A stretch of DNA of 64,000 nt from NCBI GenBank assembly GCA_964537265.1, contig CAZHZE010000002.1:21395-85394 (forward strand), written 5' to 3'. Positions 17,540-25,817 of this stretch are shown here, in pieces (position 1 is the stretch's first letter; every line of letters begins with the position of its first letter). The translations under genes were made by a program, and so were the position numbers. The notes under the pieces are model-generated. The model had not been told where the DNA came from. It made no database searches and worked only from the letters and a program-made list of their open reading frames with translations. Source of the DNA: an uncultured Gammaproteobacteria bacterium. Lineage in GTDB: Bacteria > Patescibacteriota > Patescibacteriia > Patescibacteriales > GWC2-42-12.

Positions 17540-17932
17540 TTATCTCCAGGCTAGGCTCCTTCTTATTTTGGCTAAAGAACTGAGGTATTTTTCCTTCGCA
17601 ATTTCTGTGAAATATGAAATAAGAAGGCTGATTTTTTTCTTCAGATTTGGATTCTTTGTCCGGTAGGTGTAGACAAAAGATCCAACAGCTGAACCATTCT
17701 TGCGATTGCTGTTCATGACTATGGGTTGTTTTTTGGTTATATCATTTTTTTCTGAAACAAAATAAACGGCGCCGGCAATAGAAAAGAACATAGCTATTAC
17801 AATTGTAGCAATACCTAACGGCGCAATAAATTTGCCATTAATCTGACCCAATAATATGGTCAACACCGATAAAGTTATTATTGAAGAAATTCCTGCTATT
17901 GTAATTTTTTCTCTTGGACTTAAAGTTTTCAT
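17540..17932 (-). CDS. two-TM membrane protein with basic C-terminal tail, unknown function
   Basis: 130 aa starting MKTLSPREKITIAGISSIITL... GC-rich relative to its flanks. Confidence 0.6.
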   Translation of the reverse strand: MKTLSPREKITIAGISSIITLSVLTILLGQINGKFIAPLGIATIVIAMFFSIAGAVYFVSEKNDITKKQPIVMNSNRKNGSAVGSFVYTYRTKNPNLKKKISLLISYFTEIAKEKYLSSLAKIRRSLAWR

Positions 17933-18128
17933 GATTTTTCCTCCTAAAAAATTTTATTTTTATTACCCTGAAACTGCCAATAAATAAAAGTTAAATAGCA
18001 ATTTCAGGGTAATAAATGTTTGAAAAGAGCATAAAAGTATTATTTTAGTATATCATATTTATAATATTTTGTCAAGTTATTAAGATAAAATAAGAGCAGG
18101 TTATTAACCTACTCTTATTAAAAATGGC

Positions 18129-20504
18129 TTATTTTTGCAATTTTTTCTCTGTTTTTAAAATTGCTAAAGTTGTTTTTATCACTGTGTCAGGATTTAATGA
18201 AATACTGTCTATACGGCACTCAACTAACATTTGGGCAAAGTCAGGAAAATCGCTCGGAGCTTGACCGCAAATACCAACTTTTCTTTTAGTTTTTTTACTG
18301 ACCGAAATTAATTGTTTAATCAACATTTTTACAGATTCATTTTTTTCATTGCTGATGCCGGCGATTTTTAAAGTTCCGGCATCACGATCTATACCCATAG
18401 TCAGCTGAGTTAAATCGTTTGAACCAATAGAAAAACCGTCAAAGACTTTGGCAAATTCTTCTGCTAAAATTATGTTAGTTGGAATTTCAGCCATAACATA
18501 AACTTGCAATCCGTTTTTTCCTTGCTTTAGGCCGTTTTTACTCATAATGGAAATAACTTGTTTGCCTTCGTCAATCGTGCGACAAAAAGGAATCATAACT
18601 TTTAAGTTAGTCAAACCCATTTCATCGCGCACTTTTTTGCAAGCCATACATTCTAAAGCAAAGGCCGGCGCAAATTTCGGATCATAATAGCGTGAAGCGC
18701 CGCGCCAGCCGATCATGGGATTTGATTCAATCGGTTCATATTCTTTTCCGCCGATTAAATTAGCATATTCGTTAGTTTTAAAATCAGAAAATCTTATAAT
18801 TACGTCTTTAGGATAAAAGGCAGCGCAAATTATGGCGATACCTTCGGCCAGTTTGTCTATAAAATATTGTTTTTTGTCTTTATAGCCAGCGGTTAATTCG
18901 TCAATTTTCTTTTTAACTTTTTTATCTTTAAGTTTGGCATAATTTAATAAAGCCAGCGGGTGAATTTTTATTTGGTCGTTAATAATAAATTCTTCGCGCG
19001 CTAAGCCTACGCCGTCGTTGGGAATAAAAGAAGATTGAAAAGCAATATCCGGCGAGCCTATATTCATCATGATTTTAGTTTTTGGACGAGTTAAATTTTT
19101 AATGCTAGTTTTATTAATTTTAAACGGCAGTTTTCCTTCATAAACAAAACCCGCATCGCCTTCGGCGCAACTAACTGTTACATTTTGTCCGGTTTTAATT
19201 TTTTTAGAAACATCGCTTGTGCCTACAACACAAGGAATGCCTAATTCGCGAGAAACAATCGCCGCATGGCAGGTACGTCCGCCTTTATCAGTAACGATAG
19301 CCGAAGCGATTTTCATAATCGGCTCCCAATCCGGGTCGGTCATGTCAGTTACTAAAACTTCACCTGGTTTAAATTTAGCAATATCTTTTATATCCATAAT
19401 TCTATTGGCAATTCCGGCGCCTATGCGATTACCTACGCTTTTACCCTCGGAAATAACTCGACCCTTTTTTTCTAGGACATATTCTTCAATTACGCTATAA
19501 TCGCGCACGCTATGGATAGTTTCCGGGCGGGCTTGTATAATATAAAGTTGATTTTCTTGCCCGTCTAAAGCCCATTCGATATCCATGGGTCGGCCATAAT
19601 GTTTTTCTATTTTCATGGCCCAATCGCCTAATTTTGAAACTTGTGCGTCGGTAATTGATTGTTTGTTTTGCTCGTTGGTTGGCACTTTTACATCTTTAAC
19701 CGGATGTTTGGGGTCAGAGCTATAAACCATTTTTATTTTTTTAGTTGAGATAGAATGAGAAATTATTTTTTTAGTTGGTTTAAAAAAGTAAAATTCATCG
19801 GGGTCAACTTTACCCTGAACAATGTTTTCGCCTAAGCCATAAATTGAACTAATTAAAACAACTTTATTAAAGCCTGATTCAGTATCAATAGTAAAAATTA
19901 CGCCCGAGGAGGCCAAATCGGAACGAATCATTTTTTGTACGCCTACCGATAAAGCGATTTTAAAATGGTCAAAACCTTTATCCACGCGATAAGAAATAGC
20001 ACGGTTAGTAAATAATGAAGCAATACATTTTTTTACCGCCAATAACAGCTCAGCTTCCCCAGAAATATTTAAATAAGTTTCTTGTTGTCCGGCAAAACTA
20101 GCATCTGGCAAATCTTCGGCCGTGGCCGAAGAACGAACCGCTACATGAAGATTTTTAGTTTTATAAAATTGAGATAGTTTTTTATAAGCTTCAATAATTT
20201 CTTTACTTAAATCTTTAGGAAAATCAGTAGCCACAATTAATTTTCTGACTTCTGCGCCGCGCTTTACCAAGTCTATAACATTTCTTGTATTTAAACCGCT
20301 AAGAATTTTTTTAATATTTTTTTTAAGGCCAGTACTTTCTAAAAAATAATTATAAGCTTTAGCCGTAGTCGCAAAACCATTGGGCACTTTTATGCCTTGA
20401 CCGGCTAATTTTTTATACATTTCTCCGAGTGAAGCATTTTTTCCTCCGACTTGCGGCACGTCTTTAATATTTGTTTCATTAAAAAATTTAATAAATTTGG
20501 ACAT
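18129..20504 (-). CDS. ppsA: phosphoenolpyruvate synthase (pyruvate, water dikinase)
   Basis: 791 aa. ATP-grasp N-domain, phosphohistidine motif GGRTCHAAIVSRELGIPCVVG, PEP-utilising C-domain. Confidence 0.93.
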   Translation of the reverse strand: MSKFIKFFNETNIKDVPQVGGKNASLGEMYKKLAGQGIKVPNGFATTAKAYNYFLESTGLKKNIKKILSGLNTRNVIDLVKRGAEVRKLIVATDFPKDLSKEIIEAYKKLSQFYKTKNLHVAVRSSATAEDLPDASFAGQQETYLNISGEAELLLAVKKCIASLFTNRAISYRVDKGFDHFKIALSVGVQKMIRSDLASSGVIFTIDTESGFNKVVLISSIYGLGENIVQGKVDPDEFYFFKPTKKIISHSISTKKIKMVYSSDPKHPVKDVKVPTNEQNKQSITDAQVSKLGDWAMKIEKHYGRPMDIEWALDGQENQLYIIQARPETIHSVRDYSVIEEYVLEKKGRVISEGKSVGNRIGAGIANRIMDIKDIAKFKPGEVLVTDMTDPDWEPIMKIASAIVTDKGGRTCHAAIVSRELGIPCVVGTSDVSKKIKTGQNVTVSCAEGDAGFVYEGKLPFKINKTSIKNLTRPKTKIMMNIGSPDIAFQSSFIPNDGVGLAREEFIINDQIKIHPLALLNYAKLKDKKVKKKIDELTAGYKDKKQYFIDKLAEGIAIICAAFYPKDVIIRFSDFKTNEYANLIGGKEYEPIESNPMIGWRGASRYYDPKFAPAFALECMACKKVRDEMGLTNLKVMIPFCRTIDEGKQVISIMSKNGLKQGKNGLQVYVMAEIPTNIILAEEFAKVFDGFSIGSNDLTQLTMGIDRDAGTLKIAGISNEKNESVKMLIKQLISVSKKTKRKVGICGQAPSDFPDFAQMLVECRIDSISLNPDTVIKTTLAILKTEKKLQK

Positions 20505-20514
20505 AAATTAAATT

Positions 20515-20639
20515 GTCATTGCGAGGATAGCCGGCGATGAAGCAATTTCACAAATGATAAATTTGATTGATAAATTATATTTTAATCTAAGCTCATTGTT
20601 TGTGAGATTGCTTCGCTCCTTTTATTCGTTCGCAATGAC
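20515..20639. repeat. ~125-bp imperfect palindromic element (GTCATTGCGA termini)
   Basis: GTCATTGCGA (20515-24) pairs with TCGCAATGAC (20630-39). GAAGCAATTTCACAAA (20539-54) pairs with TTTGTGAGATTGCTTC (20599-614). On the ppsA strand it ends 10 nt before the ATG. Confidence 0.75.
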
Positions 20640-20646
20640 GATATGT

Positions 20647-20964
20647 TTACAGATTAATTTTTTTGCTAAGTTCGTAGATGTAAGGAATTTTCCACCAAGT
20701 TCCTTCCAGGGTTTTTAAAATGCCGATAATAGAGACGACAATAATAGCTAAGCCAAGTAGCCAACCGATTAAAGGAAACCAGGATAAAAAGCTCAAAATA
20801 AATAAAATCAAGCCTTGTTTGGCATGAAATTGGCAGAATTTTGAGTGTTTTTTACCTAAAAGCGGAATTAAAAACAAAATCCAAATATAAGATAAAACCG
20901 CCACGGTTTTATTCTTTTCTATATCTGGGTCTGGCGAAGTTTGCATATTTTTTTCTTCAACCAT
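20647..20964 (-). CDS. small membrane protein (DUF4870/TM-helix family-like)
   Basis: Start trimmed to the internal ATG (MVEEKNMQTS..), because the 5' part of the track ORF covers a + strand TTGACA promoter. Contains the YIWILFLIPLL..HAKQGL motif. Confidence 0.6.
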   Translation of the reverse strand: MVEEKNMQTSPDPDIEKNKTVAVLSYIWILFLIPLLGKKHSKFCQFHAKQGLILFILSFLSWFPLIGWLLGLAIIVVSIIGILKTLEGTWWKIPYIYELSKKINL

Positions 20965-21094
20965 AGTTTTATATTTAATAATTAATATTCTTATTATATA
21001 ATAGCATAATTTTTGATATAATTGAATTACAATTGACAAAAAGCTTTAGATAATTAAAAATGAGAAAATACGCCTTATTATTAAGGCAGTATAA

Positions 21095-21179
21095 GCAGGC
21101 GTGGCGGAATTGGTATACGCGCTAGCCTTAGGAGCTAGTGGATTTATCCATGAGAGTTCAAGTCTCTCCGCCTGCACCA
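21095..21179 (+). tRNA. tRNA-Leu (anticodon UAG), CCA encoded
   Basis: Acceptor GCAGGCG/CGCCTGC, anticodon loop CTTAGGA, long variable arm, T-loop AGTTCAAGTCT, 3' ACCA. Confidence 0.9.
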
Positions 21180-21215
21180 AAAAAACAAATAAAATAATTT
21201 TTTAGGAGGTGCAAT

Positions 21216-21359
21216 ATGAGAGGTAATGCTTCTGGCGTAAGGTGCAAAAATGGCAAAAGGCTTAATCGCGGCAGCAGTTCAATGACAAAAACAAAGGAGG
21301 ATAAAAATAAAAAAACAACATGGCTATTACGTATTGGCAGGGCCGATCAAATCAATTAA
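21216..21359 (+). CDS. small basic protein (47 aa), unknown
   Basis: Not in the track. Strong SD AGGAGG lies 6 nt before the ATG. Sequence MRGNASGVRCKNGKRLNRGSSSMTKTKEDKNKKTTWLLRIGRADQIN*. A terminator follows. Confidence 0.5.
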   Translation: MRGNASGVRCKNGKRLNRGSSSMTKTKEDKNKKTTWLLRIGRADQIN

Positions 21360-21379
21360 TTAAGAAGTATTTGTTTTTT

Positions 21380-21412
21380 AAAATCCCGTCATTTTAATCA
21401 CGGGATTTTTTA
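21380..21412 (+). terminator. intrinsic terminator
   Basis: AAAATCCCGT-loop-ACGGGATTTTTT. Confidence 0.8.
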
Positions 21413-21491
21413 TTTAATAAATTTAAATATAATTCAGTTGAAAACTAATTATATCTTTGCTAATATTAAAGCGTAATTAATTTAAATATTT

Positions 21492-22181
21492 ATGTCTCGT
21501 AAAAAAACTTATGTTATTTCTATCGGCGGTTCTCTAATAGTCCCGCCCGAAGGTGTTGATTGGCATTTTTTAAAAAATTTTCGCAGCTTAATTTTAGAAA
21601 AGATAAAACAGGGCAGCAAGTTTTTTTTAATTGCCGGCGGCGGCAAAACTAGCCGTAATTATGTCGAAGCGGCTTCACGAGTAGTAAAAATTGAACGCGA
21701 TGATTTGGATTGGTTAGGCATTCATGCTACCAGATTAAATGCGCATTTATTAAGAACAATTTTTCGCGATCAAGCTAATCCGGAAATAATAAAAAATCCG
21801 ACTTTTAGGCTATATAGCGAGAAAAATATTATGGTGGCTTCGGGCTGGAAACCGGGTTGGTCGACTGATTATGTCGCTACCATGATAGCGCAGGAATATG
21901 ATGCAAAAACAATTTTAAATTTGTCCAACATTGATTATGTTTATGACAAAGATCCAAATAAACATAAAGACGCGAAAATTAAAACTAAAATGAATTGGGT
22001 TGAATTTAGAAAATTGGTGGGGAATAAATGGTCGCCGAGCTTAAATGCGCCGTTTGATCCGATTGCTTCTAAAAAAGCTCAGGAATTAGGTTTAGAAGTT
22101 ATTATTATGAACGGTAAAAATATAGCCAATTTAAAAAATTGCTTAGAAGGAAAAAAATTTAAAGGTACGGTAATAAAATAA
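21492..22181 (+). CDS. pyrH: UMP kinase, archaeal-type (amino-acid kinase fold)
   Basis: 229 aa. ISIGGSLIVP, LIAGGGKTSRNY, GIHATRLNAHLL, GWKPGWSTDYVA. Confidence 0.8.
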   Translation: MSRKKTYVISIGGSLIVPPEGVDWHFLKNFRSLILEKIKQGSKFFLIAGGGKTSRNYVEAASRVVKIERDDLDWLGIHATRLNAHLLRTIFRDQANPEIIKNPTFRLYSEKNIMVASGWKPGWSTDYVATMIAQEYDAKTILNLSNIDYVYDKDPNKHKDAKIKTKMNWVEFRKLVGNKWSPSLNAPFDPIASKKAQELGLEVIIMNGKNIANLKNCLEGKKFKGTVIK

Positions 22182-22200
22182 TTTATAATAATAAATTTTT

Positions 22201-25200
22201 ATGTGCAAAAAAGGAGGGTTTTTTTATTTGATAAAAATTATTGTAATCCTGGCGTTAGTTGGCGCGGGATTTTTTTGTGCTAAAAAAATTGCTGCCAGCC
22301 AGAGTATTTTAATTAATGAAATTCAAATTTATCCGACTGAAAGCAGATTTATAGAATTATATAACCCTAATGATTTCCCCGTGGATTTAACGGATTGGTA
22401 TTTACAAAGAAAAACGCAGACCGGCAGCAGTTTTACTTCACTTGTTTCTAAAACTTATTTTAATGGTAAATCGATAGGCGCTTACGGGTATTTTTTAATT
22501 TATAGAAGCGCTTTATCTAATAGCGATATTGTTTTAAATACTTTAACTTTAAGTGAAGCTAATACTTTGCAACTAAAAAATTCCGACGGTGATATAGTTG
22601 ATAAAGTCGGTTGGGGCGCGGTTAGCGATTGTGAAGGATCTTGTGCATTATCTCCAACGGAAAATCAAAGTCTCCAAAGAAAGTTTCAGAATAATATTTT
22701 TGTAGACGCCGGCAATAATGCCGAAGATTTTGAAATTAAAAGTTGTCCAAGCCCTAAAGCGCAGGAGGCTATCTGCCAGGATGAAAATTCTAATAATTCT
22801 GGCGATGGAAATAATAATGCTACTTCAACACCAATTATATCAACCGACGAAAATACAGCTACATCAACTAGCCAGTCGGAAAGCGCGTCAGACTCTTCTT
22901 CGGCTGATATGCAAAGTAATAATTTTGGCGATTTAGTAATTAATGAATTGGTATCCGATCCAGCTGATAATGACGTGGAGTGGATAGAAATATACAATAA
23001 AACCAGCCATAATATTGATTTAAGCGGTTGGTGGATTGAAGACGGTAGCAAAACTAAAACTATTTTAAGCGAAGAATTAGGAGTTAGCGGGTCTGATCGT
23101 TATAAAGTTATTGAAAAACCTAATGGAAATTTAAATAATAGCGGAGACATAATAATTTTATATGATTCTACCGGAAAAATAATTGATCAAGTTGTTTATG
23201 GAAATTGGAACGACGGCAATATAGAAGATAACGCGCCGGCAGCGGCAGATCCAGGCAGCACAGCTAGAAAATTTGATGGCAATAATACTTACAATAATTT
23301 TTATGATTTTGATTTTACTTTAAAACCAACCAAAGGTTCAAGCAACATTATCCAAAAAGAAGATGAGACTAGCGCACAAGCTAAAATAGGCTTGGATTTT
23401 AGCAATGATATTTTAATTTCTGAAATATTGCCAAATCCGATCGGCGATGATACTAAACTTGAATTTATAGAAATCTATAATGCCGGTCAAAGAGAAATAA
23501 ATTTAACCGGTTGGAGTTTAAGTAATGAGAATAATAAAAAGGTTAATTTAGAAAAAATTGCTACCAGCACGATTATCAAAGCCGGAGAATATTTGGCTTT
23601 TTACCGGCCACAGACAAAGATAGTTTTATATAATGATCAGGGACAAATAAAATTATTTCAGCCTTTAGCTGAAAAACCATTTATGGAAGTAAATTATAAA
23701 AACGTCAAAGAAGGTCAAAGTTATAATCTGATAAATATAAAAATAATAAATGAATGGGTTTGGAGTGAAACAATTACTCCGGGAGCTGCTAATATTGCCA
23801 AAGCCATAAACCATGCGCCAGAAGCGGAATTTAGTTTGCCTCAAGCAGTTTTAACCGGCCAGCCGATTATTTTTGACAGTTCAGATAGTGCCGATCAGGA
23901 TAATGACAAATTAACATTTAGCTGGGATTTTGGCGATGGATTTAAAAATAATTTAGCTAATCCCGAACATACATATTTAAAAGCTGGAATTTATAAAATT
24001 AAATTAGAAGTTAGCGACGGTCAGACCGCGGTGCAAAAAGAAAAAAGCATAACAGTTGTTAATACGGTTGGAGAATTGCAAAAAATTAATGAATTTAATT
24101 TAGATCTAGAAGCCATTGAAGTTTATAGCGGACTAATAATTAATGAATTTATGCCAAATCCGTCTGGAGCAGATATAAATAATGAATGGATAGAATTTAA
24201 AAATCAAAGTTTAGAGAAGATAGATTTATTAAATTGGCGAATTGAGAATAGCAATGGTAAATATAGGTTTAGCGAAAGTAAAATCATAGAGCCGGGCGCT
24301 TTTTATATTTTAAAAAACAGTCAAAGCAAATTAGCCTTAAAAAATTCCGATGATTTTATAAATTTATATAATAATAAAAATGAATTAGTTGATAGCGTTG
24401 AGTATTTAGACGCAATTGAAAAAGCATCTTACGCGCGCGGCGCTAATAATAAATGGTTTTGGACGACCAAATTGACCCTTGAGCAAGAAAATATTATTAG
24501 TTTATCAGATAATGCATTAGTTCAGGTTTTAGGCTCTAAAATAAGCGCATCCGGCTATATAGAAATTGATTTGGAAAAAGTCAAAGAGCTGGAAATCGGC
24601 AGCCAGGTTAAAATAAAAGGAGTAGTAGCGGTTGAGCCAGGAATTTTAGGCGCGCAATTTTTTTATATTATCAGTTTGCCTATTAATATAGAAGACATGG
24701 TTAATAAGCCGGGTCTGCAAATTTATAATTATAAAAAAGATTTCCCAGTTTTAAGAATTGGCGATTATATAGAAGTAGCTGGAGAATTGGCGCAAACACA
24801 AGGTGAGTTAAGAATAAAAACTAAAAATAAAGACGATATTAAAATATTAGAAGCTAACCAGCAAGCATTATCCTTAGCTTTAAAAGCAGATGAAATCGGC
24901 GAAGGAAATATCGGGCAACTTTTAACTATCAGCGGAGAAATTACCGACAAAAAAAGCACTTCATTATATATTGATGATGGCAGTGATGAAATTTTTGTTT
25001 ATATAAAAAGTAATACCGGCATAAGTCTAAAAGATTTTTCGGTCGGACAAAAAGTTATGGTAACCGGCATTTTATCTAAAACTCAAACCGGCCTTAGATT
25101 ATTGCCACGTTGTCAGGAAGATATTGTTTTAAATAATTCTAATAACGAATTAAATCCCCGAGTTTTAGGCGAAGTAACTTCGTCTGAAGAATGGGATTTG

Positions 25201-25308
25201 GCTAAGCGCGATAAAAAATTAGAACTATTTAAATACTTATTAATTATCTCTAGCGGCGTGATAATTTTATTAACGTTTTTATTTGTTAGAGCTAAAAGAA
25301 AAAGTTAA
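22201..25308 (+). CDS. large surface protein: 4 lamin-tail domains + PKD domain + OB-like modules + C-terminal TM anchor
   Basis: 1035 aa. N-terminal signal/TM. LTD repeats (LINEIQIYP.., LVINELVSDP.., ILISEILPNP.., LIINEFMPNP..). PKD (FSWDFGDG..YKIKLEVSDG). C-terminal hydrophobic helix plus RAKRKS. Confidence 0.85.
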   Translation: MCKKGGFFYLIKIIVILALVGAGFFCAKKIAASQSILINEIQIYPTESRFIELYNPNDFPVDLTDWYLQRKTQTGSSFTSLVSKTYFNGKSIGAYGYFLIYRSALSNSDIVLNTLTLSEANTLQLKNSDGDIVDKVGWGAVSDCEGSCALSPTENQSLQRKFQNNIFVDAGNNAEDFEIKSCPSPKAQEAICQDENSNNSGDGNNNATSTPIISTDENTATSTSQSESASDSSSADMQSNNFGDLVINELVSDPADNDVEWIEIYNKTSHNIDLSGWWIEDGSKTKTILSEELGVSGSDRYKVIEKPNGNLNNSGDIIILYDSTGKIIDQVVYGNWNDGNIEDNAPAAADPGSTARKFDGNNTYNNFYDFDFTLKPTKGSSNIIQKEDETSAQAKIGLDFSNDILISEILPNPIGDDTKLEFIEIYNAGQREINLTGWSLSNENNKKVNLEKIATSTIIKAGEYLAFYRPQTKIVLYNDQGQIKLFQPLAEKPFMEVNYKNVKEGQSYNLINIKIINEWVWSETITPGAANIAKAINHAPEAEFSLPQAVLTGQPIIFDSSDSADQDNDKLTFSWDFGDGFKNNLANPEHTYLKAGIYKIKLEVSDGQTAVQKEKSITVVNTVGELQKINEFNLDLEAIEVYSGLIINEFMPNPSGADINNEWIEFKNQSLEKIDLLNWRIENSNGKYRFSESKIIEPGAFYILKNSQSKLALKNSDDFINLYNNKNELVDSVEYLDAIEKASYARGANNKWFWTTKLTLEQENIISLSDNALVQVLGSKISASGYIEIDLEKVKELEIGSQVKIKGVVAVEPGILGAQFFYIISLPINIEDMVNKPGLQIYNYKKDFPVLRIGDYIEVAGELAQTQGELRIKTKNKDDIKILEANQQALSLALKADEIGEGNIGQLLTISGEITDKKSTSLYIDDGSDEIFVYIKSNTGISLKDFSVGQKVMVTGILSKTQTGLRLLPRCQEDIVLNNSNNELNPRVLGEVTSSEEWDLAKRDKKLELFKYLLIISSGVIILLTFLFVRAKRKS

Positions 25309-25318
25309 TTTTATTAGC

Positions 25319-25347
25319 TTGACATCAGGCAATTTTTTGGTTAATGT
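25319..25347 (+). promoter_or_regulatory. sigma70-type promoter (TTGACA-17-TAATGT)
   Basis: TTGACA at 25319-25324, 17-nt spacer, TAATGT at 25342-25347. Confidence 0.55.
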
Positions 25348-25353
25348 TTAAAT

Positions 25354-25707
25354 AATTTAAACGGAATTAATTGGGATAATTATTAATCTATAACTGTAAA
25401 AAATTTAGTAAACACTATTAATAAGGTCGTGTCCAACACAAGCGGGTGAGAAGGACTATGCGTCATAAAAGATTAATTATTCTATAAATTTTATACGGAG
25501 GTCGTTATACAGCAGTATAAAAAACCAAAAATTCCATACCAACAAAGGAACATAAATGAAGCAATTTTACGGGCAAAAAGCACCTTAAGACAGGGAAAAA
25601 AGTAAGAGTGATTTTATAAACAAAATAGCCCATATTTTATTCCCGATATCTTAAAAATCAAAAAGCAAATTGCTCCCGCTCAAATTAAAATTAGGGCGGG
25701 TTTTTTT
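25354..25707 (+). ncRNA. orphan non-coding transcription unit or long ftsK leader with terminator
   Basis: ~350 nt between the promoter and the CCCGC..GCGGG+T7 terminator (25675-25707). The longest ORFs are 9-10 codons. Contains local hairpins, e.g. TTATAC-AGCA-GTATAA (25505-25520). Confidence 0.4.
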
Positions 25708-25817
25708 ATTGGCAAAATATGTTATAATTAATAATGGCGAAACAGATTGTGAATTTGCCAGTTTATTTTAATTAAAAACTGTCGCGCTCGTTTAGGCGGG
25801 TTGGCGGCAATAAAAAA

